The notes: a model not told the origin generated them from the letters alone. 20,000 nucleotides of DNA from an uncultured virus (IMG/VR IMGVR_UViG_3300005683_000014) (IMGVR_UViG_3300005683_000014); one strand, 5' to 3'; shown: positions 8,159-18,179, numbered from the stretch's first letter. Numbers and translations: made by a program.

Positions 8159-9760
8159 GCCCGTAAACACGAAGAGTGTCGCGTGGCTCCATGTTACGCG
8201 ACAATTCACTCTTCGCGAGATTCAAGCTACCGCGCTGGCCATCATTCAACAGTTTGGCGGCCTGTTCGGTGACATCGGAGTGGGTCACGGTAAATCGTTG
8301 ATTGCGTGGCTCACACCTGTAGTTCGTGGATCCGAGCGCTGCGTCATCATGATGCCCTCGGACATGGTCGAGCCCTTCAAGGCGGACATTGCTAGATTCA
8401 AGGAGCACTTCAGGAAGCCCAAGGTCGAGCCCACTATCCTCCCCTACTCCATTCTCTCGCGCGCCGACGGCACGGACATTCTGGATCGTTTGGCCCCGGA
8501 CATTATCGTGGCGGACGAGGGGCACACTCTCGCCAACGATTCGGCCCGTACTCGCCGGCTCAAGCGCTACTTCGCTGCGCACCCCGAGACCACGTTCGTC
8601 GTGATGTCAGGGACCTTCATCGGTCCGGAGATGTCCAAGCTGGCCCATCTCGTTCACTACGCGTTGCGTGAAAATGCTTTCATGCCGGTTCGTGGGCGGG
8701 CTCTTGAGGTCTGGGGCGAGTGCGTGGACCTGGACGGACGGCCCGCTGAGTCGGACTGGAAAGTGTTTGAGCCCCTGGCCAAGGCCGAAGGGTTCGACAT
8801 ATGCGGGCAGGTAGGGGAGGATAGAACTACGCTGGCACGGAAGGCCGTGTTCTCGCGTATGTTCACTACCCCTGGTGTAGCCACTACTACAGAGAATGCT
8901 TGTACTACGCCGCTTGTCTGTCGGCGCGTTCGGTCGCTCGAAGTACCGCCTGAAATCGATGAGGTGCTTCGGCGGATGAGGACAGGGGAGGAAACGCCTG
9001 ACGGCGAGGACATCATTGCAGACGATGCGCAGAAGGCTCGTCTACAGCGACACCTCAGCATGGGGTTCTACTACCGCTGGGCCTGGGAGTTGATTGGTGG
9101 TCGTAACGAGGAGTGGCTCATGTCGCGGCGTGCCTGGAATCGCGCTGTACGCAAAGAGTTGGAGCGTAATTCGCGGGAGCACTATGACTCTGAGAAGTTG
9201 GTGTTCGATGCCGTGGCGCGCCAGCTTCTTGAGGATCCTTCGCTGGCGCACAGAAGCCTCCTCCACATGAGCTTCGTGGAGTGGCGCAAGATGAAAGAAT
9301 TGGTCAAGCCGCCCACGGTCCCTGTGTGGCTCGACACCTTCATGCTCGACTGGCTGAAGAAATTTCTTGCGTCCCGGCCCCCAACTCTGGTTTGGTATCA
9401 CTCAGACGCAATTGAGGAAGCACTCGGCGCTATGGGTCTCCCCATCTACGGCGCTGGGTCGCTTCCCCCCTCTCGACATGAGACCTGTGGTGTGGCAATT
9501 GAAGTGCATCACAAGGGGAAGAATCTTCAGTTCTTCAATCAGAATCTGGTTGTGGAACCCTTTGGAAACGGAAAGCGCTGGCAGCAATTGCTGGGGCGCA
9601 CGCGTCGACCTGGACAAGAGGCGCCGTTGATTGAGACCTTCATCATGGCGCATACCGATATCTTGAATTCCTACATCGACAAGGGTATAACTCAGGCAGA
9701 GTTCTCGGCGCTGGGTGGCTCCGAGCAACATCTGCTTCAGGCTAAGTGGGAGATTCTCTA

Positions 9761-9761
<1 letters not shown>
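7899..9761 (+). CDS. SF2 DExH helicase (SNF2-like phage helicase)
   Basis: LREIQ (Q motif), GVGHGKS, VADEGH, MSGT and QQLLGRTRRPGQ (motif VI). Start is GTG 7899 or ATG 8103. Confidence 0.88.
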
Positions 9762-10728
<967 letters not shown>

Positions 10729-10750
10729 AACTTAGTTAGTGAGGTAGTTC

Positions 10751-11272
10751 ATGGCTGACGAAAAGCCGGTTGTGTCGATTGGCGCCGACGTCGAGAAGGC
10801 GAAGATGGGCTCGGGTGGTGGAACGTATTTCCTTTCGGGGGTGTACGACCTCACCATCAGTGACGTGAAGGTGTTTCTGGGGCAGGAGGACGAGGTCCCG
10901 ACCGTAGCGGTCGAGTTCCTCATTGACAAGTACGTTCCGAAGGCCCCGAACAAGGTCGAGGATCGTCCGGTCGGTACGACGGTGTCGTGGGTGCAGAAGC
11001 TGCGTCCCGACATCAAGAAGACCATCCTGGGCAACCTCAAGGCCGCCGCCCTCGCGTTCATGCAGCAGCTCGTCAAGCAGAGTGGTGGTGACTGGGAGAA
11101 GGTCACGGAGGAGCACGTGACCAAGGCGCGCATCGACAACGACATCTTCTGCAACAACAGCAAGGTGGTCGGTCTGAAGATCCGCTCCGAGGCCTACGAT
11201 CATCAGACCAAGGGCAAGCAGGGCAAGAAGGAGAAGCAGTGGATTGTCCTCAACAAGTGGATGGTCATCTGA
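10751..11272 (+). CDS. Putative single-stranded DNA-binding protein (OB-fold, DUF669-like)
   Basis: SD GAGGT. YFLSGVYDLTISDVKV...VEFLI...VSW...GNLK...VGLKIR pattern of phage SSB-like proteins, highly optimised codons, located between helicase and polymerase. Confidence 0.55.
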   Translation: MADEKPVVSIGADVEKAKMGSGGGTYFLSGVYDLTISDVKVFLGQEDEVPTVAVEFLIDKYVPKAPNKVEDRPVGTTVSWVQKLRPDIKKTILGNLKAAALAFMQQLVKQSGGDWEKVTEEHVTKARIDNDIFCNNSKVVGLKIRSEAYDHQTKGKQGKKEKQWIVLNKWMVI

Positions 11273-11279
11273 CTTGCCT

Positions 11280-11305
11280 AGGGCCGGGACAGCACCGGCC
11301 CTTTC
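11280..11305 (+). terminator. Conserved hairpin, copy 3
   Basis: AGGGCCGG-GACAGCA-CCGGCCCT-TTC, 8 nt after the SSB-like stop, followed by a pyrimidine tract. Confidence 0.65.
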
Positions 11306-11341
11306 TCCTCCCTCCAACAATTTCCTGAAAGAGGTACTCTC

Positions 11342-11989
11342 ATGGAATCGATTCAGTTCAGTTTCCCCATCTCCGGTGGACGGATTCAGGCGGTCGTGTC
11401 GTATATCCCGCGTACGTGGTGGGATCGCCTTCGTCGTCAGTACCGGTTAAACTACGCGCTCTCCTTCTGCTCTCCGGAGGATCTGCGCGATAACTACAAC
11501 GAGGAGAAGGGTTTCAAGATCGCTCGTGAACGCTTGAATGCGTTTCTCTCCGGGCGACGTAGCCTTCAGAATCGCGGGTATGCCGGCACGCTCACCTTCG
11601 GGTATCAGCCCAACGTCTTCCAGATCCGCACCATGTTGTTCGACGCCGCCGTGGACATCGCGCCGCTTGACATCTGGTACAAGCGGGAGGACAAACTTCG
11701 TGCAGAGGCTCGCCTCGACTACTGGCGCTTCCTGGCCATTCGTAAGGATCAGAACACCGGCAAGGTGAAGGGTCTCGCCGAGACTCGGCAGCAGATCGAG
11801 AAGCACATTCGACATTTCGGTGTCCTGGGTATGAGACAGGTGATGTCGCTTCATCGGCGGCTCCCTCATCCTCCTACCTTCCTCCAGAGCCTTCACATCA
11901 TTGAGTCTCTCGTGGAGAGGGGATACGAGGCCACGGAGCAGGCCATGTTCCCGCCGCCCGTTGCTCAGATGGATGAGAAGGTAACGTGA
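11342..11989 (+). CDS. Hypothetical protein with N-terminal C-S-P-x-D...G-x-x-I-A-x-x-R motif (Gp49/Gp66-like)
   Basis: SD GAGGT; YALSFCSPEDLRDNYNEEKGFKIARERL. Confidence 0.7.
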   Translation: MESIQFSFPISGGRIQAVVSYIPRTWWDRLRRQYRLNYALSFCSPEDLRDNYNEEKGFKIARERLNAFLSGRRSLQNRGYAGTLTFGYQPNVFQIRTMLFDAAVDIAPLDIWYKREDKLRAEARLDYWRFLAIRKDQNTGKVKGLAETRQQIEKHIRHFGVLGMRQVMSLHRRLPHPPTFLQSLHIIESLVERGYEATEQAMFPPPVAQMDEKVT

Positions 11990-12345
11990 TGATTCACACC
12001 TTCTTCTACCAGACGGTCTGCCTGGAGCAGGAGAAGGAGTGCAAGACCACCTACCGTAAATCCGTTTCGACCCTGCCTCACATCCCGGACGCGGTCTTCG
12101 ACGAGTTCTCGCCGAAGGCCGGGTTCGAGGTGACTGAGGTACGATTCGATCTGGATCGCTGTGAGATGCACGTGGTACTGGAGAACCGGGTTATGAACGA
12201 TGCCCCGATCGAGTGCGACATGTTCATGCAACAGAATGGGTGGCAACGCGCTCCTCGTGATGCACGCTACTGTGTCGAGGTGGAGTTGAACCTCAAGGCC
12301 TTCCCGTCGGCGGGATACAACCAAGACAAGCACAAGAGAAAGTGA
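11986..12345 (+). CDS. Hypothetical protein, 119 aa
   Basis: GTGA overlaps at both ends and normal codon bias. Confidence 0.7.
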   Translation: MMIHTFFYQTVCLEQEKECKTTYRKSVSTLPHIPDAVFDEFSPKAGFEVTEVRFDLDRCEMHVVLENRVMNDAPIECDMFMQQNGWQRAPRDARYCVEVELNLKAFPSAGYNQDKHKRK

Positions 12346-14975
12346 TGGATCTCGACGCCCTGTTCGCGAAACGGGGGCAGGAGATGGCTGCGGCCCCTCC
12401 TGTTCCCGCTCCTGTGATGCGCTGGAACGCTCCTGCGGCCAAGGCCAAAGAGGAGCCCGTGATCTGTGAAGCGTTGCCTGACCCGGTCCTTATCCTGGCC
12501 TGGGACACGGAAACGCACAAGATTACCGAGAAGACCGGACCTACGCCTCCCCTCGTCTGTCTGCAAACTCAATTCGTTGAGTTTAAGGATGGTCACTGGA
12601 TCGAGGCCCAGCCCATGATTTGGGGCGCGGACGACGCGCGTAAGCGACAGGGCGTCGATTTCATCTTCCATGTTCTTATCAACCGCCCCGACGTGACCCT
12701 GGTCTCGCTCAACGGCTTCTTCGATTTCGCGGTCATCCTGAAGTACATGGGGTGGCCTCTCGATCTCGTGCGCGCCGTGTTCAAGGCCTTCTGCGATGGG
12801 CGCATTCGAGACTGTATCGCTCGCGCCAAGGAGCACGCAGTCGAGTTTGGTTGGCTGGAGTACGACCCTTCTCTGGGCGTCCGGCCTCGCTTTAACATGG
12901 AGCAGCTCGCGCAGAAGTACCTTCAGGAGGACGTGAAGGGAAAGCACGGTGAGGATTCGTTCCGCCTGCGCTACGGGGAGCTGGATGGTCAGGGCTGGGA
13001 GACATGGCCCGAGGAAGCCGTCCGCTATGCCATTATGGACCCCGTGTACACGCAGCGTATCTGGCGCGCAATCTGCGTTGCATCCTCCCCTCCTCCGGAT
13101 GAGTGCATGCAAACGGAGAGTGCTTGGCAGCTTCACCTCGCCTCGGTCAATGGGATCTTCGTCGACCAGGAGCGAGTGAAAGTGTTGAGATCCAAGATCA
13201 TTCCGGTGATCAAAGAAGGCATCGAGAAGCTCTGTCAGACCAAGGCCGTGGTGCGCGTCAAGGACAAGAAGAGTGGTGAGTTCAAGGAGCAAGAGCTGAC
13301 CGCCTACACGCCCGGCAAACCGACGCTGAACAAGAAGAAGTTCGGCGCCATGGTGGATGCTGCGTTCGGTGGACATGCTATGCGCTCGCCGAAGACCGGC
13401 GCCGTGTCCCTGACGGAGAAGCAGCTCAAGGGTGCGTTCAACCTCACGCAGAACCCGCTGTTCAACCCCAAGCTCACCGCGGCGGCGCGCATTGCCCTCG
13501 CGGCTCAGTACGACCAAGACAACCTCGACGATGAGGATTTGGAGGATGACGGTGAGGTAGAAGAGGGGGAGGAAGAATCGTCCTCTGAGCGGCTAGTGCT
13601 CTACTCCAAGCCCAAGAAGACTATGTCGGTCATCTACGACATTGTCGAAAATCATTTCAAGGAGCGTGGGCTGGCAGTCCCCTTGACCAAGCCCAAGACT
13701 CGAACGGACCCGAACACGGGCGAGGACATCACACCCAAGCCGCGCACCAAGACCTCGCGCGATGTCATCGAGCAGGTACCAGCGCTCAGGCCATTGGCTG
13801 AAATCGGCGCCGCCCAGAAGGTAGAGAGCATGTATCTCTTACCGAGGAAGGGGAGGCCGGCTCTATTCGATATGTCCACGGCGCACGCGAACTGGAACCA
13901 CATGGTGGCCTCGGGGCGTGTGTCAGTTGGCAATCCGAACTTGAACAACATCCCCCGTATGGCTGGAGTGCGCGAGTGCTTCCGTGCGCGGCCTGGGTAC
14001 ATCCTCATTTCGGCCGACTATGCGCAGGCCGAGCTGTGTTCGCTGGCTCAGGTGTGCATCGACAAGTTCGGCTACTCGCGCATGGCCGAGCTGATTAACG
14101 AAGGTCTGGATCTGCATCTCTATCTGGTCGGCAAATTGCGTGACCAGGACTACGAGTGGCTCGTCAAGAACAAGAAGCTGCCCGACGTCAAGAACGATCG
14201 CCAGGGCGCGAAGGCCGCTAACTTCGGGTTCCCGGGTGGCCTCGGCATCGAGAAGTTCATCAAGTATGCTGCCGATACGTTCGGCATCATGGACATGACG
14301 AAGGACGAGGCCGAGGAATGGAAGGGGATTTGGAAGAGCGAGTACCCCGAGATGCCGGTGTACCAGCGCTGGGTCTCGAACAAGGTCAAGAACAGTCCCA
14401 GCGAGTTCTTTACGGCGATTCAACATCGTTCGGGCCGGCGCCGCCGAGTTGGGTATACGGACGGCTGTAATACCTACTTCCAGGGCCTGACTGCGGACGG
14501 TGCCAAGCACGCGATGAACCTCATTGGCCGTGAGGCGTGGTGTGACCCCGACTCCCCTATCTACGGGTTCAGGCTGGTGGCGCTCATCTACGATGAGATT
14601 GTCGGTGAGATGCCAGACAGGGGGTGGCTAGCCAATACGCGTGCGGCTCTGCGCCTCTGCCAAATCATGAAGGAGGCCATGGAGCTGTTCACGCCCGATG
14701 TGGTTGCGAAGGTCGAACCCGCATACCAATACAACTGGTCGAAGGGTGCGGATCCCGTGTGGGCGGAATTGGATGGTGAAAAAGTTTTGCTGCCGTGGGA
14801 GCACCGAGGTGGCAAGTTCCTGACCGGAAATCCTAATGATCTTCAGTTGGTTACAAAACCGCCACTTTTTGATCTCTCAGGCTTGACCGGGTGGGCTAGC
14901 CGTGATTATACCAAGTTGGTGAGACTGGAAGAGGCTCCTGAAGAGATTCAGAAACAATTCAGAGAGGCTGCGTGA
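12342..14975 (+). CDS. polA: DNA polymerase family A with 3'-5' exonuclease domain
   Basis: ExoI AWDTET, ExoII NGFFDF, ExoIII YAIMD; SGRVS..NPNLNNIPR, motif A SADYAQAEL, motif B RQGAKAANFGFPGG, NTYFQGLTADG, motif C IYDEI. Confidence 0.95.
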   Translation: MMDLDALFAKRGQEMAAAPPVPAPVMRWNAPAAKAKEEPVICEALPDPVLILAWDTETHKITEKTGPTPPLVCLQTQFVEFKDGHWIEAQPMIWGADDARKRQGVDFIFHVLINRPDVTLVSLNGFFDFAVILKYMGWPLDLVRAVFKAFCDGRIRDCIARAKEHAVEFGWLEYDPSLGVRPRFNMEQLAQKYLQEDVKGKHGEDSFRLRYGELDGQGWETWPEEAVRYAIMDPVYTQRIWRAICVASSPPPDECMQTESAWQLHLASVNGIFVDQERVKVLRSKIIPVIKEGIEKLCQTKAVVRVKDKKSGEFKEQELTAYTPGKPTLNKKKFGAMVDAAFGGHAMRSPKTGAVSLTEKQLKGAFNLTQNPLFNPKLTAAARIALAAQYDQDNLDDEDLEDDGEVEEGEEESSSERLVLYSKPKKTMSVIYDIVENHFKERGLAVPLTKPKTRTDPNTGEDITPKPRTKTSRDVIEQVPALRPLAEIGAAQKVESMYLLPRKGRPALFDMSTAHANWNHMVASGRVSVGNPNLNNIPRMAGVRECFRARPGYILISADYAQAELCSLAQVCIDKFGYSRMAELINEGLDLHLYLVGKLRDQDYEWLVKNKKLPDVKNDRQGAKAANFGFPGGLGIEKFIKYAADTFGIMDMTKDEAEEWKGIWKSEYPEMPVYQRWVSNKVKNSPSEFFTAIQHRSGRRRRVGYTDGCNTYFQGLTADGAKHAMNLIGREAWCDPDSPIYGFRLVALIYDEIVGEMPDRGWLANTRAALRLCQIMKEAMELFTPDVVAKVEPAYQYNWSKGADPVWAELDGEKVLLPWEHRGGKFLTGNPNDLQLVTKPPLFDLSGLTGWASRDYTKLVRLEEAPEEIQKQFREAA

Positions 14976-15259
14976 AGCACATCGTCGCTATCGGCTCGAA
15001 CCCGAAAGTCCTCAGCATTGGTCTCCTTCCCAACAACAGTCTGGACCCGGGGACCGCTATCGCAGCCCTTCAGGCCGCCATCGACATCATCCAGAACGAG
15101 ATGATGTTTACTCCAGAGTTACGTGTGCGCTTGTGTGCGCCCGACCAAGTTGGTCCAGTTGTTCCTCTCACTGCCGAGGAATGTGCTAGACGTGAAGCGA
15201 TGATGGAAGTGGCAGTGGCGATCGGTAACGAGATCAAACTCATGGGAGATCCATCGTGA
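14972..15259 (+). CDS. Hypothetical protein
   Basis: GTGA coupling on both sides. Confidence 0.65.
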   Translation: MKHIVAIGSNPKVLSIGLLPNNSLDPGTAIAALQAAIDIIQNEMMFTPELRVRLCAPDQVGPVVPLTAEECARREAMMEVAVAIGNEIKLMGDPS

Positions 15260-15504
15260 AGTCATTTCTCTTCGGTCTGTTCCTCATGGGCTGTGACATG
15301 GCTGTCGACGTCCATGACAACCCCATCAGCCTGAACATCGACGCATGTGCAGTGCTGAATCCGGCACTGGATTCATGTCAGGAGCCTCAGCAGTCGTTCG
15401 ATGTCCCGCGCGCCGAGAACGAGCCTTGTGATGATGGGCAGGCGTGTGGTGACGATCTGTTCTGCGCGTGTGGCGTGTGCCTGAATATGGAGGACTTCCA
15501 GTGA
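15256..15504 (+). CDS. Small Cys-rich putative lipoprotein
   Basis: MK plus hydrophobic stretch plus LMGC lipobox-like site; C-terminal CDDGQACGDDLFCACGVC. Confidence 0.65.
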   Translation: MKSFLFGLFLMGCDMAVDVHDNPISLNIDACAVLNPALDSCQEPQQSFDVPRAENEPCDDGQACGDDLFCACGVCLNMEDFQ

Positions 15505-15821
15505 CCAAGGTTGATGCTCTCCAGAATCAATTGCTCTCCCTCAAGACGCAGGTCGAGAACATCCAGAAACAGATTGAACTGGCGCTGAAGCAGCCGCCCG
15601 AGCCCGAAATGTACTCGATCGTGCGGTTCAAACGCCGGTTCGAGAACAATTCAATCTGGTACCACTATGCTGCCATTCGCTCGCCCAAGGGCTGGTTCGT
15701 GACGGGTACGTATCAGACGCAGTTCCCGACCTGGGACAAACTGATGGAATGGATCGGCGTCGAGTGGTGGTACACCATCGAGTTGATGCAGCCCACTACT
15801 GGTCTGTCGGTGACACCATGA
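15501..15821 (+). CDS. Hypothetical phage protein (coiled coil plus small Trp/Tyr-rich beta domain)
   Basis: GTG 15501 with SD GGAGG and GTGA overlap; EP...VRF...YHYAAIR...WFVTG...WDKLMEW. Confidence 0.7.
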   Translation: MTKVDALQNQLLSLKTQVENIQKQIELALKQPPEPEMYSIVRFKRRFENNSIWYHYAAIRSPKGWFVTGTYQTQFPTWDKLMEWIGVEWWYTIELMQPTTGLSVTP

Positions 15822-16258
15822 AAGCGTTGGCTCACTGGATTGCTCTGGAGGCTCTAGTGGTTGGTGCTCCCAAGCTCGCGTGTCAGCACGTGCTGAAGTT
15901 CGTGAGCTTGGTGGGCCAACTAGCTGATCGCCGGTACCGGTACGGGAAGATGCAACAGCGTCTGATCGTGCCGGCGCACCTCGATCAAGTCGAGTTGCAG
16001 AAGCGTGCCACGTACGAGCACCTGAACGTGGCAATCAGGCATGCGGGGCTGGGGCAAGCGCGCACCGCTTTCACCTACTTCTTCAACGCGTTCACGACGC
16101 TGGATCTGCCGCAGTTTCGCGAATCCTTGGTGGAGGCCATGTTCGGGAACCCGGCCCCCCTACACAGGGGGAGTAGGGTATCGGATGCTGCGCTGTGGGG
16201 ACCCGAGAACGTGAAGGCAAACGATTGGAAGATCGTGGAGTGTGAGAGGAAGTCGTGA
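15818..16258 (+). CDS. Hypothetical protein, possibly a divergent DUF2829/Tad2-like protein
   Basis: ATGA coupling at 15818; N-terminal IALEALVVGAPKLA and C-terminal WGPENVKANDWKIV. Confidence 0.65.
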   Translation: MKALAHWIALEALVVGAPKLACQHVLKFVSLVGQLADRRYRYGKMQQRLIVPAHLDQVELQKRATYEHLNVAIRHAGLGQARTAFTYFFNAFTTLDLPQFRESLVEAMFGNPAPLHRGSRVSDAALWGPENVKANDWKIVECERKS

Positions 16259-16758
16259 TTGAGACTCGTTACTGCACTGTTCACGGGGTCATGACGCATA
16301 CGACTGCCGGGCCTCGTTGCTACCAATGCGACCCCTTTGTTCCTGATCTGGAACCGGTGGATGAGAGTCAGCGGGACAAGTACCCGGTTAAGGATGCGGG
16401 TGAAATGAATATGACGCTTCATAGCCCTCGTGCCAAGATAGTCGCCGAGGAGGAGAAGGGCGTGAAGTTCGACACCGGTAAGCCGGCTTTCGCTCTCATT
16501 CCCCCTTATATCGAGGAAGAGGTGGCGAAGGTGCTGGCCTATGGCGCGAAGAAGTACGCGCCCGACAACTGGAAAAAGGTCCCAGGAGCCAAGCACCGCT
16601 ACTTCGACGCTCACCGCCGACACATGAACGCACACAAGCGAGGGGAATTGCGTGACCCGGAGACCGGGCTCCTGCATATCGCCCACGCGATTGCGTCGCT
16701 TATGTTTATGGGCGAATTCGAATTGACTGGACTGCCGGAAATTCCGGACGGAAACTGA
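16255..16758 (+). CDS. dATP/dGTP diphosphohydrolase-domain protein (DUF5664) with N-terminal Zn-finger-like extension
   Basis: GVKFDTGKP...LIP...VAKVLAYGAKKYAPDNW...RY.DA..RH.....GE..DPETGL.H.AHA; N-terminal CTVH...CYQC. Confidence 0.88.
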   Translation: MIETRYCTVHGVMTHTTAGPRCYQCDPFVPDLEPVDESQRDKYPVKDAGEMNMTLHSPRAKIVAEEEKGVKFDTGKPAFALIPPYIEEEVAKVLAYGAKKYAPDNWKKVPGAKHRYFDAHRRHMNAHKRGELRDPETGLLHIAHAIASLMFMGEFELTGLPEIPDGN

Positions 16759-16818
16759 TTCCCAAAAAATTTTCACCTATATAAACGCGAGGCGTTCTGG
16801 TGTCGAGGATCTTGACCG

Positions 16819-17049
16819 ATGGGTAAGAGCTACAAGCATGGGGGTGAGCGTGGCCGCCCCAAGACAGTGCGTCCTGATCTTGAGGAGGAGCGGCGAAAGT
16901 GTCGCAAGCCTCTTGAAACTGTTTTCGAGGTGGATACAGTTGACCAGGAAGTTGACGATCTCGACTTCGATACCCCCTCTACCTGGATAGACCCAGAGGC
17001 ACCATGTTCCGGCTCCTTACAATCCTCGTTGTCACGGTCCTTGGAGTAG
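16819..17049 (+). CDS. Hypothetical protein (basic N-terminus, acidic C-terminus)
   Basis: SD GAGGA upstream of ATG 16819. Confidence 0.5.
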   Translation: MGKSYKHGGERGRPKTVRPDLEEERRKCRKPLETVFEVDTVDQEVDDLDFDTPSTWIDPEAPCSGSLQSSLSRSLE

Positions 17050-17195
17050 CTTTACACTTCTGGTTCGGGCTCAATGCGGCCTTGGACCAGTCGTGGGCGT
17101 GGACGTCTCTGCACCTCGGGCTCCTCCTGCCGTGGGGCGACACTTTCTTGAAGGTTGTCGACGAGGTGCAAGAAAGTGCCAAGGTCGCGAAATAA
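17004..17195 (+). CDS. Small membrane protein
   Basis: SD GAGG; hydrophobic N-terminal helix LLTILVVTVLGVALHFWFGL and a second hydrophobic segment. Confidence 0.55.
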   Translation: MFRLLTILVVTVLGVALHFWFGLNAALDQSWAWTSLHLGLLLPWGDTFLKVVDEVQESAKVAK

Positions 17196-17196
17196 T

Positions 17197-17227
17197 CTCT
17201 TGTCCGTCACCGCGCCGTGAGCAAGGT
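17197..17227 (+). promoter_or_regulatory. Possible promoter sharing a motif with the parB promoter
   Basis: CTCTTGTCCGTCACC matches CTCTTGACGGTCACC at 18576 at 13/15; candidate -10 CAAGGT. Confidence 0.4.
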
Positions 17228-17246
17228 GGGTTCAGGAGGTGACGCG

Positions 17247-17513
17247 ATGGCTCAAACACCGAAAGAGATTCTTCGAGACAACGCCGGTGCGATGGTCTCC
17301 CGTACGTGTCGTGCTACCAAGACGGTTGTGACTCTTTACGACGGAGAGCAAGCCGGAATGGACACGGATAACGGAACCATGCGCTGGCAGACGGTGTGTG
17401 AGCCTCACGGAACCATCATCGCTCATGCTACGCGCGCCGTGGCTGAGTCTCACCTCTCGCACCCCGACGAGTGGTGTGAAGTGTGCATGGGTTTGGAGGA
17501 GAACCTGTCATGA
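17247..17513 (+). CDS. Hypothetical Zn-binding protein
   Basis: Perfect SD AGGAGGT before ATG 17247; VCEPHG...WCEVC. Confidence 0.75.
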   Translation: MAQTPKEILRDNAGAMVSRTCRATKTVVTLYDGEQAGMDTDNGTMRWQTVCEPHGTIIAHATRAVAESHLSHPDEWCEVCMGLEENLS

Positions 17514-18001
17514 AGACCACGATGATGAAAGAGTTGGAGTCCATCGACCGCTGGGATAGCGCGGACCACGCGCCGGACCGAGTCGAGGCCTACAAGGGCA
17601 CGTTCAACCACAGTCACTTCATGGTCTTGAAATGGACCTTGGACGACGGTGCTTCGGGATACGACGGCACGTACAGCCACGCCGGCATGGTCAGCCGCAT
17701 GACGCACGACGCGGCCGAGCACGGGTTCAAGGTGGCACGCGCCAAGTTCGCGCGCCTGCACATGAGCCCGTGGTCCCGGGAGTGGTTCGACCGCCTGGAG
17801 CAGGAAGTCACCACGTACGCCGCCAACCTGCCCCAAGACGCTCTGCCCCAAGACGCTCTGGAGCATGCGCGCAACCGGTACAACTGGGTCGTGAACCACT
17901 GTGCGACCCAGGTCGTGAACGCGGACAACGACGCGGTGCGCAACAACATCGGCAAGGGCCTCGCGGCTCTGGGCATCGCCACCCCGGTCGGGTTCTTCTG
18001 A
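17510..18001 (+). CDS. Hypothetical protein, 163 aa
   Basis: SD GGAGGA, ATGA overlap and very high GC3. Confidence 0.75.
   Translation: MKTTMMKELESIDRWDSADHAPDRVEAYKGTFNHSHFMVLKWTLDDGASGYDGTYSHAGMVSRMTHDAAEHGFKVARAKFARLHMSPWSREWFDRLEQEVTTYAANLPQDALPQDALEHARNRYNWVVNHCATQVVNADNDAVRNNIGKGLAALGIATPVGFF
17828..17860 (+). repeat. 15-bp in-frame tandem duplication (LPQDA x2)
   Basis: CTGCCCCAAGACGCT twice, then CTG. Confidence 0.9.
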
Positions 18002-18002
18002 T

Positions 18003-18179
18003 ATGCCCATGTACGCAAACCAAATCAATTTCGCAGACATGCGCACGGCCAGCTTCGAGTTCCAGCAGACATTCGGGTGGAAGCCAACACTGGACGAGTG
18101 CCTTAGGGAGGCCGCGAAGCTGGCCGTGCGCCGGCAGTGGACTCTGCACTTCAACGAGTCAAGAGGAGGGGAGAAGTGA
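18003..18179 (+). CDS. Hypothetical 58-aa protein (MPMYANQINFADMRTASFEFQQTFGWKPTLDECL...)
   Basis: Not in the ORF track; translated by hand. It starts 1 nt after the upstream stop and ends in a GTGA overlap. Confidence 0.6.
   Translation: MPMYANQINFADMRTASFEFQQTFGWKPTLDECLREAAKLAVRRQWTLHFNESRGGEK

Noticed and set aside
12267..13517. 416-aa minus-strand ORF, and similar ORFs at 9742-10692, 17450-18364 and 18513-19403
   Set aside because: These are antisense shadows of GC3-biased + strand genes, with no motifs or plausible initiation signals.
12342..16758. Definite 2-aminoadenine (Z) genome pathway
   Set aside because: No purZ or datZ is in the window, and DUF5664 proteins also occur in phages with canonical DNA.
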